This document shows, one piece after another, positions 1 through 8,225 of a stretch of 16,826 nucleotides of DNA. Every line of letters starts with the position of its first letter. The stretch's first letter is position 1. This DNA is from Candidatus Moanibacter sp. Lineage in GTDB: Bacteria; Verrucomicrobiota; Verrucomicrobiia; Opitutales; UBA2987. The translations under genes were made by a program, and so were the position numbers. The stretch covers positions 1 to 16,826 of the forward strand of contig CBDCEW010000059.1 of assembly GCA_965215885.1 (NCBI GenBank). Reading direction: 5' to 3'. The notes beneath the pieces were generated by a model that made no database searches, was not told the DNA's origin, and saw nothing but the letters and a program-made list of their open reading frames with translations.

Positions 1-84
1 CGCATGACAGGCCTTTGCGACATGTCGTGCGAGGTGTCGCGGAAAGTGTCGTGATGGTTTCGCAGGGCATTGGTTCATAGTAAT

Positions 85-1231
85 TTATGAATTCAGGGAT
101 TCTCCTTTTTTGGTGAGTTTGTAGCCGTCCTTGCCGGTGTGGAAGTAGTCCTCCTTCTTCCCCTTGAGCAGGATGCGCTGAAGCGATCGTTTGGAGCCGG
201 AATCCTCTCCGCCAAGAGCGGCATGGATCTCGCCGATTTTTCTTCGGCCCGTCGGCAAGAGTTTCAGCGGCCTCGGCAATGGAGAAATTCGCATTGGACC
301 GCTTGCCCTCAACGTCGTCTTTCCAGGCATTGAGATGGAAGTTCGGATCGATATCATAGAGCATCGTCTCCTCGTTCAACTTGAGGCCCACCAGGTCGAA
401 GGGTTTGGCGTCGTTCGACTTGCCGCAGGAAACGACGATGCGGGAATGGTCGTCGGGATCTGCGGGAGCGATGTTGATTTGGGACCGCGCTCCCGAGTAG
501 AGGGCCTTGGAACCCAAAGCGAAGTTTCCCTTGTCCCACCCTACTGCTTGGGCGATGTTTTGCCGCCCGGTGCGTCCGTGGTGAACGATGATGATGGCAG
601 TGGTCGGATCGAAGAGGCGGCAAACCTTGGTCAGTTCACGCAAGGTCTGCCGGACATCGACGTCCTTGTTGATGTCGCCGACATTTACCTCGCCGAACGG
701 ATCGACATAGATGCAGTTCGGTTGAGTCGACTCGATCGTGTCCTGCCACTTCTTTCGGATGTCGTCGGAGCCGAGATTGATGAAAGCATCGTCAATCTCC
801 CAGACAACATGGAAGAAGACATGGGCATCGACCAAGGCCTTTTGATTAGGTGTGAGCGCGGCGGTCATTTTCAGGTAGTCGGATTTCTGACGGTAGATAC
901 TGTTCTCGGTGCCGATCAGGAGATGGCGCAGTGGCTCCGGGTGCGTAGGCATTCCGGCGACGGGCCAGCCCATGACTTGCGAAATGGCCGTCTGCATAAC
1001 GATCCGGCTCTTGCCGGTGCCACCCTGCCCGATGAGCGTGGTGAGTTGCCCGAGCGCGATCACGCCATCGCCCAGGACGTCGACCTTCGGCGGGACCGAT
1101 ACGCTACGGAGTTGCGCGCCCGAAAGCACGGTGAAGGGCTTCGATGCGGGATGGGTTTGATTTTCGATGGCGTGGAAGTCGGGATCTTCGATTTCCCGCC
1201 AGAGATCGGTAAAATTCCGCGATGCAGTCAT
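85..1231 (-). CDS. AAA_25 / RepA-like SF4 replicative helicase with a probable C-terminal winged HTH; one +1 frameshift at 237-241
   Basis: Translated by hand; absent from the ORF track because the frame runs off the window edge without a stop. ATG at 1231 overlaps the primase TGA (ATGA) and reads MTASRNFTDLW. Motifs: Walker A GQGGTGKS, Walker B CIYVDP, IIIVHHGRT, GSKALYSGARS. After GPKK, removing one A from the A5 run joins it to the tail of ORF 85..357 (IGEIHAALGG...GYKLTKKGESLNS*), which resembles a wHTH. Confidence 0.85.
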
Positions 1232-2089
1232 TCATGAAACGGGTTTGGATTGAAGTGGAGGACGTGTTGCGTTTCGCTGTTGTCGCGTCGGCCTCCGGGC
1301 ATACGCACGAGCTTGGCCGGGTCCCAGAGGGACGAATCGGCTCCGAGGTAAACCGCGTGCCGGAAAAAGCGGAGCTTGGCATACTCGGAGATTTGCTGGA
1401 CCTGGAACCAGCCGTGCAGCGACTTGCCCCCGGACCAAACGACCAGCGTCAGCGGAGTCAGTTTGGTGGACAGCGAACCAAGGATCGCGGCTTGTTCGGC
1501 AAGTGTTCCCCGGTCGAACTCGATGACCAGGTAGGTGCGCTGTTTCGTGGCGTTGTCGTGGCAACGTGCCGAGACGCGACCTGATTGATTGAGGCCGGTC
1601 CCCGCGGTCATCGGGTTGGCGACGATGAATTGAAGCGCCGCCTCCTTGCCCCGCCATGCATCGCGGGGCTGAGTCTGCGCGGATCGGGTGTCGAGCGCGG
1701 CACAGACCAAGGGATCGCCGGGAAAAAGCCGATCGACCACCATCTCGGCGGTGACCTCCAGCGGCGTCTCGGAGAATGGAACCGGGTGATGCTTGCGCCG
1801 TTCCCATGCGGCCGGATTGAAGTCCGGCCAAGCGGGGATCCGCCGATTTCCCGGAAACCTTGGCTTTTCCGAGTAGGTCCGGGCGACGGCGCGGTCGATC
1901 TCGGGACCGAAGTCGCGGTCGTCCCAACGGGACGCAACCTTGCGAAGGAAGCTGCGGACCTTCTCCGGCGAAGCGAAATGGCGTGCCCGCTTGGCGACGG
2001 TGAACAGCCACACGTTGCGACTGCCCTTGACCGGCGGGATTGTTGAGTGCCTCGGTGAGGGCCGGTGGAAGTCCTGAAAGAATCGCCAT
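1228..2089 (-). CDS. AEP-superfamily (RepB-like) primase; +1 frameshift near the 5' end (2024-2038)
   Basis: AEP-like motifs LVIEFD, WSGGKSLHGWF and DSSLWDPAKLVRMPG in ORF 1228..2160. The likely start is ATG 2089 (GAGG upstream, right after the polymerase stop), reading MAILSGLPPALTEALNNP in the neighbouring frame and switching to GSRNVWLFTVAK. Confidence 0.75.
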
Positions 2090-2099
2090 GATCGGTGCC

Positions 2100-3026
2100 T
2101 CACTTGCAGTAGGTTTGTGTTTCGATGCCCTCGGCAGCGACGGGCAGACCTGGCATCCATGTCGGAGTCCGGGCGAGCAAACCGGTGACAATATCGGGCG
2201 TGACTTCCGGATCCTCGGGCACTTCGCAGATTACCTCATCGTGAACGGTCCAAAGGATCCGAATTCCGGCCTGGTGGATACGGAGCAATCCCTCGGCGAA
2301 GACATCGCGACCAGTGGCTTGGACCACGTTTTCGGTGAGTTTTCCGCCATACCATTCGAAGCGGCGCCCGCCCCGCTCCGTTGCAGCGGTGATGCCGCTA
2401 TCGAAAGCGTGAACGTTGAAGTAGTGGATCCCGCGACCGCTTGGCAGACGCACGAAAAAGGTATGGCCATGGCGGCTCCGCATCTGGTTTTCGAGATTCC
2501 GCCACAACCCGGTGATGCGTGGATTGGCCGCACGGAAGTCGTCTACGGTGGCCTTCGCCTCGGCGAGCGTGATTTCCGGACCGTAGGTCTTGGCGAGGTT
2601 CTGGAAGGTTTTGGCTCCGGCACCGTAGCCGAGACCGATCACCCGGCATTTCGCCAAGAGGTAGCGACGCGGGTCCTCTTTCTTCAAGTTCGCTCCGGTG
2701 AAACCCATCGAAGTTTCCGCGTGGGCCTGATAGATCGTCAGCCCTCCACGTATTTTCTCCAGCAAGTCGAAGTCGCCCGCCATCCACGCGAGGACACGCG
2801 GCTCGATCCGGGAAAGGTCGGCGATGAGGAGCTTGTGGCCTGGTCGAGCGATCAGGCAGCGGCGCGGATCGACACCGTGAAGCGGCTCTCGGTTGAAGTT
2901 CTTGAGATTGAGGCCGGCATCCCCGGACCATCGACCGGTGGCAATCGCGCCGAAATACTTCAGCGAGAACGGGAGTGAGCCATCCGGTCGGCAACGGTCA
3001 CGCATCGTCTCCAAGACCCGAAGCAT
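2100..3026 (-). CDS. Phage-type family A DNA polymerase, C-terminal polymerase domain only (5'-truncated)
   Basis: TGRWSG, motif A ADLSRIEPRVLA, motif B RLLAK..IGLGYG (RYLLAKCRVIGLGYGAG), motif C TVHDEV. The frame extends upstream through PWIRHIRNWRKSNR to an in-frame TGA at 3120-3122, leaving no room for an exonuclease domain. Confidence 0.9.
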   Translation of the reverse strand: MLRVLETMRDRCRPDGSLPFSLKYFGAIATGRWSGDAGLNLKNFNREPLHGVDPRRCLIARPGHKLLIADLSRIEPRVLAWMAGDFDLLEKIRGGLTIYQAHAETSMGFTGANLKKEDPRRYLLAKCRVIGLGYGAGAKTFQNLAKTYGPEITLAEAKATVDDFRAANPRITGLWRNLENQMRSRHGHTFFVRLPSGRGIHYFNVHAFDSGITAATERGGRRFEWYGGKLTENVVQATGRDVFAEGLLRIHQAGIRILWTVHDEVICEVPEDPEVTPDIVTGLLARTPTWMPGLPVAAEGIETQTYCK

Positions 3027-3126
3027 ACGATTCGATTTCCGCCAGTTTCGGATGTGTCGAATCCACGGAGCGCGGCAAGACGGGGGCCAGTCTCGGTGCG
3101 GGTGGTGACTTTGGACAAGTCATCGC

Positions 3127-3348
3127 TTACCGGCGTCGAGGGTTGACGGTGCAATTCTCGTCCAGCGCGGCCCGGACCTTCTCCACGTCGAAGCGGACGA
3201 AGTGGCCGATCTTGACGTAGGGAATTTTCCGCTGGGCCTGCATCTGGCGAAGCCAGCGCAAGGACGGTCGGCTCTGTTCGTCGAAAAGGGCTTCGAGGAG
3301 CCCGTTGGCGTCAACGAGTTTCGGTTGGGTGGGCAAAGGTGTTTCCAT
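3127..3348 (-). CDS. Excisionase-like (HTH_17 / MerR-fold) DNA-binding protein
   Basis: 73 aa with PSLRWLR...RKIPYVKIGHFVRFDVEKVRAAL, the IPxxKIGxxVRF wing motif of Xis-like proteins; sits within the same minus-strand gene run. Confidence 0.75.
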   Translation of the reverse strand: METPLPTQPKLVDANGLLEALFDEQSRPSLRWLRQMQAQRKIPYVKIGHFVRFDVEKVRAALDENCTVNPRRR

Positions 3349-3360
3349 CTTCGTAATTTA

Positions 3361-3561
3361 TTAGAGTTTGGTGAAGTCGTCGGAGTGAATCAGGAGCCAG
3401 AAGCCGGGCCTGCCCTTCTCGGACAGGCGCAGCCGTTTCGCGTCACGGAGCGTGGTGGGCCGGAGCCCGTCACCGCCCGCGCGAGGCAAGCGGTGACAGG
3501 GCGACCCGTCGGCTTTATACCAGTGCGTGGACTGGCTCTGATCTTTCTTGAGAACTGCCAT
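3361..3561 (-). pseudogene. Chimeric remnant: N-terminus of a phage nuclease-like protein fused to the C-terminus of another small phage protein
   Basis: ATG 3561 with GGAG upstream. HWYKADGSPC...LRPTTLRDAKRL resembles (from memory) the start of phage PD-(D/E)XK-type exonucleases that continue GLxPSVT. Here it runs directly into LSEKGRPGFWLLIHSDDFTKL*. Confidence 0.5.
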
Positions 3562-3577
3562 GATCAGCGAACTCCGC

Positions 3578-4112
3578 TTAGAATGGGCCGTTCTCCTGCG
3601 GATCGACCGCGGGATTCCATGCCTGCTGCGGCGCAGCCGGCGGAGCGGGAGCCTGAGCTTGGGCGAAGGCTTCAAGCGGGAGCACCTGCGGCTTGAGCTG
3701 GTCGATGACCGGAGAAATGCCGACCATGTTGGCGTAGGTCTTCGTCCCCTCGCGGCTTTCCCTGTGGGCCACGGTAATCATCGGCGCCCTGGCCGCGAAG
3801 TTCGCAGTAGTCCCAACCATACTTCGGCGGATGGCCGAGCCAACTGGTCAGCAATTTGAACAGGTTGCTCTTGGGCGATCCGCTGATGCGGAATTCGAAG
3901 GTCTGGACCTTGTAGGTCTGGCCGTCCTGACCGCGGAACCCGAAAAGGAAGCCCGTAACATCGAGCTTCTCGATTTCCTGCGGGTTCTCGAATTTCGGAC
4001 GATCAACACCAAACTGGTCCTGAACGTCGAGACAGGTGGCAACGAATGTGCCAGCGGGAGCGAGGGCTCCGGTGTCGAAGCCAGAGGCTTCGGGTTCTTT
4101 CATAACTGCCAT
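3578..4112 (-). pseudogene. Phage SSB-like / NGO0469-family replication protein, split by a +1 frameshift at about 3781-3789
   Basis: ORF 3672..4112 (GTFVATCLDVQD...KSNLFKLLTSWLG...WDYCELRGQGA) continues in ORF 3578..3820 (MITVAH...KTYANMVGISP), ending in a Pro/Ala/Gln linker and an SSB-like tail DPQENGPF*. Confidence 0.65.
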
Positions 4113-4312
4113 GATTATCTATTTTCATCAGGCAGACCCTACCTTGCTCGTGCTTCATGCCGTTGCTTCTCGGTGAATCTGCCTTCACCTCGAGATGCGC
4201 TACATGCACGCGTAGCGATCCGCTACTTTTCGGGCGTAGCATCGAACTATTTTTGACGGAATTATAGCGTTTTGGACTTGACGGGGTGGTGATTCCCCTA
4301 TTTCTTATAGGT

Positions 4313-5219
4313 ATGAATATTATCGAAGTGTTCCAATCTTTCGAAACCAACGAGCAAGCAGCTGCCTACCTGGAGAAGGTCCGGTGGAACGGGAGAGCGA
4401 TATGTCCCTATTGCGGTGGACGTAAGACCTGCCGACATCGTGACGACAAGCGCAAGATCCGTCGGTGGCAGTGCTGGGGATGTCATAAGTCCTTTGCCGT
4501 GACGGTCGGGAACGGTGTTCCACCGGACCCATGTTCCCTTGCAAAAGTGGTTTCTCATTCTGGCCTTGATGCTGAATGCCAAGAAATCGGTGAGCTCCTG
4601 CCAAATCGCTCGCGATTTAGGGATGTATCAGGCAACGGCATGGTCGATCATGCAGCGGATACGAACAGCTATGGCTCTCGATCCGAAGCAAAGGGATCTC
4701 TTTCATGGGATTGTGGAAGTCGATGAGACCTATATCGGAGGCAAGCCACGCAAGAGCAATAAGGTGGAAAACAGAGTTCCCTCCCCGAGAGGCAAGGGAA
4801 CTTCGAAAACTCCGGTTGTCGGTGCTCTGGAACGCGGTGGCCGCGTCTATGCTCGGATGGCCAATGGGTCCACCGATTTAGACTCGATAGGATTGGGTCG
4901 GTTTATCAGGCGCTTCGTCGAGAAAGACGGAACGATCCTGATGACCGATGAGAACCCAGCCTATCGCTCGATCGGCCGCCATATGTTCCATGCCGTAATC
5001 AATCACTCGATGGCGTTCGTCGAGGGGTTGGTTCACACAAACGGAATCGAAGGCTTCTGGGCCCTTGTCAAACGAGCCTGGATAGGCCAGCATCATCACT
5101 ACAGTGAGAAGTATATGCCCCTCTATCTCGCCGAAGCGTGCTTCAAGTATAACCACAGGGGCCAAACCGATACCTTCAGGAATTCAATCGCAATCTGCTT
5201 GGGGGTTGAAAGTAATTGA
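4313..5219 (+). pseudogene. IS1595-family transposase, +1 frameshift at 4508-4512
   Basis: Zn ribbon CPYCG...WQCWGC, an HTH region, GIVEVDETY, LMTDE, INHS, HTNGIEGFWALVKR. The expected VTVGTVFHRT is broken at GTCGGGAACGGTG. Confidence 0.92.
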
Positions 5220-5252
5220 CATTGATCCGGGCTAGTCTAGTTTGTTTACCTT

Positions 5253-5477
5253 ATGAAATCAGAAGTTATTGATTCAGAATTAGAATCAACGGTTGAACGG
5301 ATAGTGAGAAGAGTGGTTGGGAAAATCGATGAGGAGAAGTTTAAAGCCACTGAAAAGTGGGGAGAGAAGATGATTGAGAGCCTCCTTGATGAGAAAAAAA
5401 AGAGAGGCACCCTCGTCTTATGGCGGGCTAAGAAGACGATCACGCAACTTATTCAGATGAAGTTCGAAAGAGCTTGA
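5253..5477 (+). CDS. Small hypothetical protein (IS1595 passenger)
   Basis: 74-aa charged, helical-looking ORF inside the IS IRs; no clear RBS; no recognised motif. Confidence 0.4.
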   Translation: MKSEVIDSELESTVERIVRRVVGKIDEEKFKATEKWGEKMIESLLDEKKKRGTLVLWRAKKTITQLIQMKFERA

Positions 5478-5651
5478 TCTATGAATTCTGTCCTCTCTTA
5501 TAGCGTTGTGCATACCATCGAGATAGTCTTCAATCCGACGCTTTCTTGCAGGATCGTCTAAAGATAAAAGAAGTATATCCTGCAGGATCTCAACTCGATC
5601 CTGCAAGACTTCAATATCATGTTTCAATTGCATCTGTCTTTCCTCACTCAT
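5418..5651 (-). CDS. Small coiled-coil-like hypothetical protein (IS1595 passenger)
   Basis: 77 aa; RBS-like GGAAAGGA before the ATG; heptad-like LKHDIEVLQDRVEILQDIL; inside the IS IRs. Confidence 0.55.
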   Translation of the reverse strand: MSEERQMQLKHDIEVLQDRVEILQDILLLSLDDPARKRRIEDYLDGMHNAIREDRIHRSSSFELHLNKLRDRLLSPP

Positions 5652-5993
5652 AGTTCATTTTCCTTTCCATTCGCTATCCTGCGTTTTCGCTCTTTGTTCG
5701 GGAAATAGGGCGATTTAGAGGCTAAAGCAAGTCCAAAACTTAATAATTGCGTTTATTTTTTGCTCAGCGCTCTGTAGTAATTACCGCTATTTTCTCTGTT
5801 GGCACCGAAAGTCCCTGACATTGTCACTGCAGGAGTTGTGTGCACCTGTAGTGAGCCTACCGGCGACCTTTCCGTTTCCACTGCCTGTGCCCCTTCAAGA
5901 TCGTTACTCCCATTCCTTCGTTTCCGAACTATTCATGTAAAATACCAGACACCGCAAGGCCTCGTCTCAATCCAACATTTCGCAGCCTGACCC

Positions 5994-7565
5994 GAATGGC
6001 GCTAAGATAAGCCCGATTAACGACGATTTTTGCCTTTGTTTCTGCGCGAGCGCGAGACTTTCATTTTCCCTCGCGGCTTCGTTAGTAATTGGTAAGGTTT
6101 CGGTCTTCGTTTGACCGCTCGTGGTTCGCTGCGGTGTTCTCGTAGTGGAACAGTCTCCTCGGCAATAATCAGAACCATCTCGTCAATGATGCGTTGTTGC
6201 TTTCGAGGTTGCTTGCGGGTGGCGTTCAGAGCGGTGCAGTACTGCCGAACGGTGTCGACCGTGCTCTTGAAGCTGAGCCGATGCAGGTCACGCTGATAGA
6301 GGGTGGCGGCGTGTTGCATGAGGGCGCGGATGAGATTATAGGCGATAAAGAACAGCTGGATTTCCTTACGCACCATTTCGGGAGTAAGGCAGCGTACCGT
6401 TTCCATCTTCATAGTCGTTTTAATGTCGCGAAAAAACAGTTCCACTGACCAGCGGCGGAAGTAGAGATCGGCCAGATCCTCTACGGTGTATTGGAGGGGG
6501 TCGGTAAAGGTGGTCACAAGATCGATCTTTCGGGTACGGAATCCTTTGATCTGAACGAAGAAACGCACCATTCGCAGAGTCAGTTCGGCCGGTAATTGAG
6601 CCCATTCTTCCGGGCTGAACCCGTGCTGTCTCTGCGGTTTTTTCCAGGTCACCAGCCGATCGTATCGGCCCAGTGTTTGGCCGCTACGGAAGTCGCATTT
6701 GCGCCTTTGGTGCAGGCGCATGACCGCGTCCATTTGATGGTTTAGAAGCAGCCCCAGATTGGCATAAGAGCAATAACCGCGGTCGCACAGAACCACCTCT
6801 GCTTTTTTCAAATACCCAACGAATTTGCGCAAAATGCCGCTTTCATGGTTTTTTAAGGTGGTCTCGACACAGTGCAGCAAGGCCCCGCTGGCCAAACAGA
6901 AACAGCCCACCAGAAGCATGACGGGAAATCCGCACCCCTCTTTCTGCCCCCCGGGTTGGGGAAAGGCCCTCTGGTTCTGCTCGGTATCGGGCATACTGAT
7001 CCCAGTACCGTCTATCACTCTGACCTCGTGCCCCTTCCACCGCTGCGCTTGCCTTACCTCCTTGTGTATCTGCTCGCTGACCTCTTCACCGATCTTTTGT
7101 AAGTCCTCTATACCTATGCGCTGACGTGCCTGGCAATAGGCCGAGGTGGAGGAACTGGGCAGGTTCAACTCCCGCTCACTACAGTAGCTCTGCACCTTTC
7201 TGACGACCTCCCGGCAGGCTGTCTGCGGGGAGAGCACCTGGAACAGAAAGCCCCAGAAGGTCGTTCTGAGTGAGTAGACTCGTTCCCGGCTGTTTTCTTT
7301 TTCGCTCTTGGGTTGCAAAACTCCCAGAGGAATCCACCGATCAAACAGATCCGACAACTCCGATAGAGTTGACTCTCTTAGATGAGCCAGTTTTTGCTTT
7401 AATTGTGCCAGGGCCGACTTAGGCGGGCGACCGCATAGAATGTGATTAAACCCAGGCAGGAATCTTGTCATATTTTTCATACAACAAGATTAGCCTACTA
7501 ACGGTCATAGTACAAGCTTTTTACATATTTTTTACAATTATTTTTGGCTTATCTTAGCGCCATTC
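5994..7565 (-). mobile_element. Complete IS4-family insertion sequence (1572 bp)
   Basis: Perfect 20-bp IRs GAATGGCGCTAAGATAAGCC (5994-6013 / 7546-7565) and an exact 11-bp TSD CAGCCTGACCC (5983-5993 / 7566-7576). Confidence 0.97.
6017..7480 (-). CDS. IS4-family DDE transposase
   Basis: 487 aa, intact. VIDGT, CDRGY, the YREK signature YFRRWSVELFFRDIK, and C-terminal EPRAVKRRPK. Confidence 0.96.
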   Translation of the reverse strand: MKNMTRFLPGFNHILCGRPPKSALAQLKQKLAHLRESTLSELSDLFDRWIPLGVLQPKSEKENSRERVYSLRTTFWGFLFQVLSPQTACREVVRKVQSYCSERELNLPSSSTSAYCQARQRIGIEDLQKIGEEVSEQIHKEVRQAQRWKGHEVRVIDGTGISMPDTEQNQRAFPQPGGQKEGCGFPVMLLVGCFCLASGALLHCVETTLKNHESGILRKFVGYLKKAEVVLCDRGYCSYANLGLLLNHQMDAVMRLHQRRKCDFRSGQTLGRYDRLVTWKKPQRQHGFSPEEWAQLPAELTLRMVRFFVQIKGFRTRKIDLVTTFTDPLQYTVEDLADLYFRRWSVELFFRDIKTTMKMETVRCLTPEMVRKEIQLFFIAYNLIRALMQHAATLYQRDLHRLSFKSTVDTVRQYCTALNATRKQPRKQQRIIDEMVLIIAEETVPLREHRSEPRAVKRRPKPYQLLTKPRGKMKVSRSRRNKGKNRR

Positions 7566-7578
7566 CAGCCTGACCCCC

Positions 7579-7839
7579 TACGATTCGCCGACGATTAAGA
7601 ATCTCCTGGTAACTGGCGGCGACTTCGCGGAAGCGATTGGTGCGTTCCAAATAAACACTAATGGTGTTGCCTATCCGTTTCCAATTCAGTCCGTGCACGG
7701 CCAAAGATCAATTCGCAACTCTAGTTTCCGCATCGATCTCGGAAGCGGAGATCTTCCTGCAATTACCCACACTTTCGTTGAGGCACCGGATGATTACTTC
7801 CTCACCGACGGTATCATCGTGATGGGCCCGTCAATATGA
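7579..7839 (+). pseudogene. 5'-truncated gene fragment of unknown function
   Basis: Stop-free frame YDSPTIKNLLVTGGDFAEAIGAFQINTNG...DGIIVMGPSI* with no usable start. Rejoining across the IS4 gives no upstream ATG/GTG/TTG before an in-frame TGA at 5852. Confidence 0.45.
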
Positions 7840-8113
7840 CTCGTAGGGATACCGAGAAGTTTACGTTGATGGGGCGCTAAACAGCAGATTTGAGATTTAT
7901 GCGGTGGAAGATCGCATTTTCGACCGACTCTTCTGTGGTAGAAAAGACGAAATCTACCTGGAAGACCTCAGTGAAGATCTCCAGAACGAAGTAAAATTTT
8001 GGGATGAGGTTTATGCTCGCGAAGTAGACCGCAGTACCGTGCAAGGAATTCACGGCATCCTCCATACCCATCCCAAAGCGAAAGTGTCCATATTGGAGCA
8101 TACATCAAATTGA
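7836..8113 (+). pseudogene. Small hypothetical protein with an eroded or frameshifted 5' end
   Basis: ORF 7904..8113 extends upstream in frame (EVYVDGALNSRFEIYAV) to a TAG at 7844. An out-of-frame ATG at 7836 overlaps the previous stop (ATGA). The DGAxNxxFxI...GIHGIL pattern resembles, from memory, a small uncharacterised family. Confidence 0.45.
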
Positions 8114-8130
8114 GCCCAGATTGGGCCCAA

Positions 8131-8160
8131 AAGGCCCAACGGGGCCTTGTTCCTCTTTCT
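8131..8160 (+). terminator. Possible rho-independent terminator
   Basis: AAGGCCC-aacg-GGGCCTT stem followed by a pyrimidine-rich tract, just after the 8113 stop. Confidence 0.4.
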
Positions 8161-8174
8161 TCCGCGCCTCCCTC

Positions 8175-8222
8175 ATTTCGCACCGCGGATAGTTTAGAAA
8201 TTCGCGTTACCGCGCGAATTTC
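8175..8222. repeat. 48-bp double-hairpin REP-like repeat, copy A
   Basis: ATTTCGC-N14-AGAAATTCGCG-N6-CGCGAATTTC with a perfect 10-bp stem at 8197-8222; 33/48 identical, ungapped, to 9476-9523. Confidence 0.7.
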
Positions 8223-8225
8223 CCA

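Larger units (their letters stand above)
4257..5751 (+). mobile_element. IS1595-family element (1495 bp) carrying two passenger ORFs
   Basis: Imperfect 24-bp terminal IRs: CGGAATTATAGCGTTTTGGACTTG (4257-4280) and the reverse complement of 5728-5751, CGCAATTATTAAGTTTTGGACTTG (20/24). No exact TSD found. Confidence 0.85.

Noticed and set aside
191..2978. Long + strand ORFs 191..1237, 1222..1584, 1585..2046 and 2040..2978
   Set aside because: Antisense shadows of the GC-rich helicase, primase and polymerase genes; no motifs of their own.
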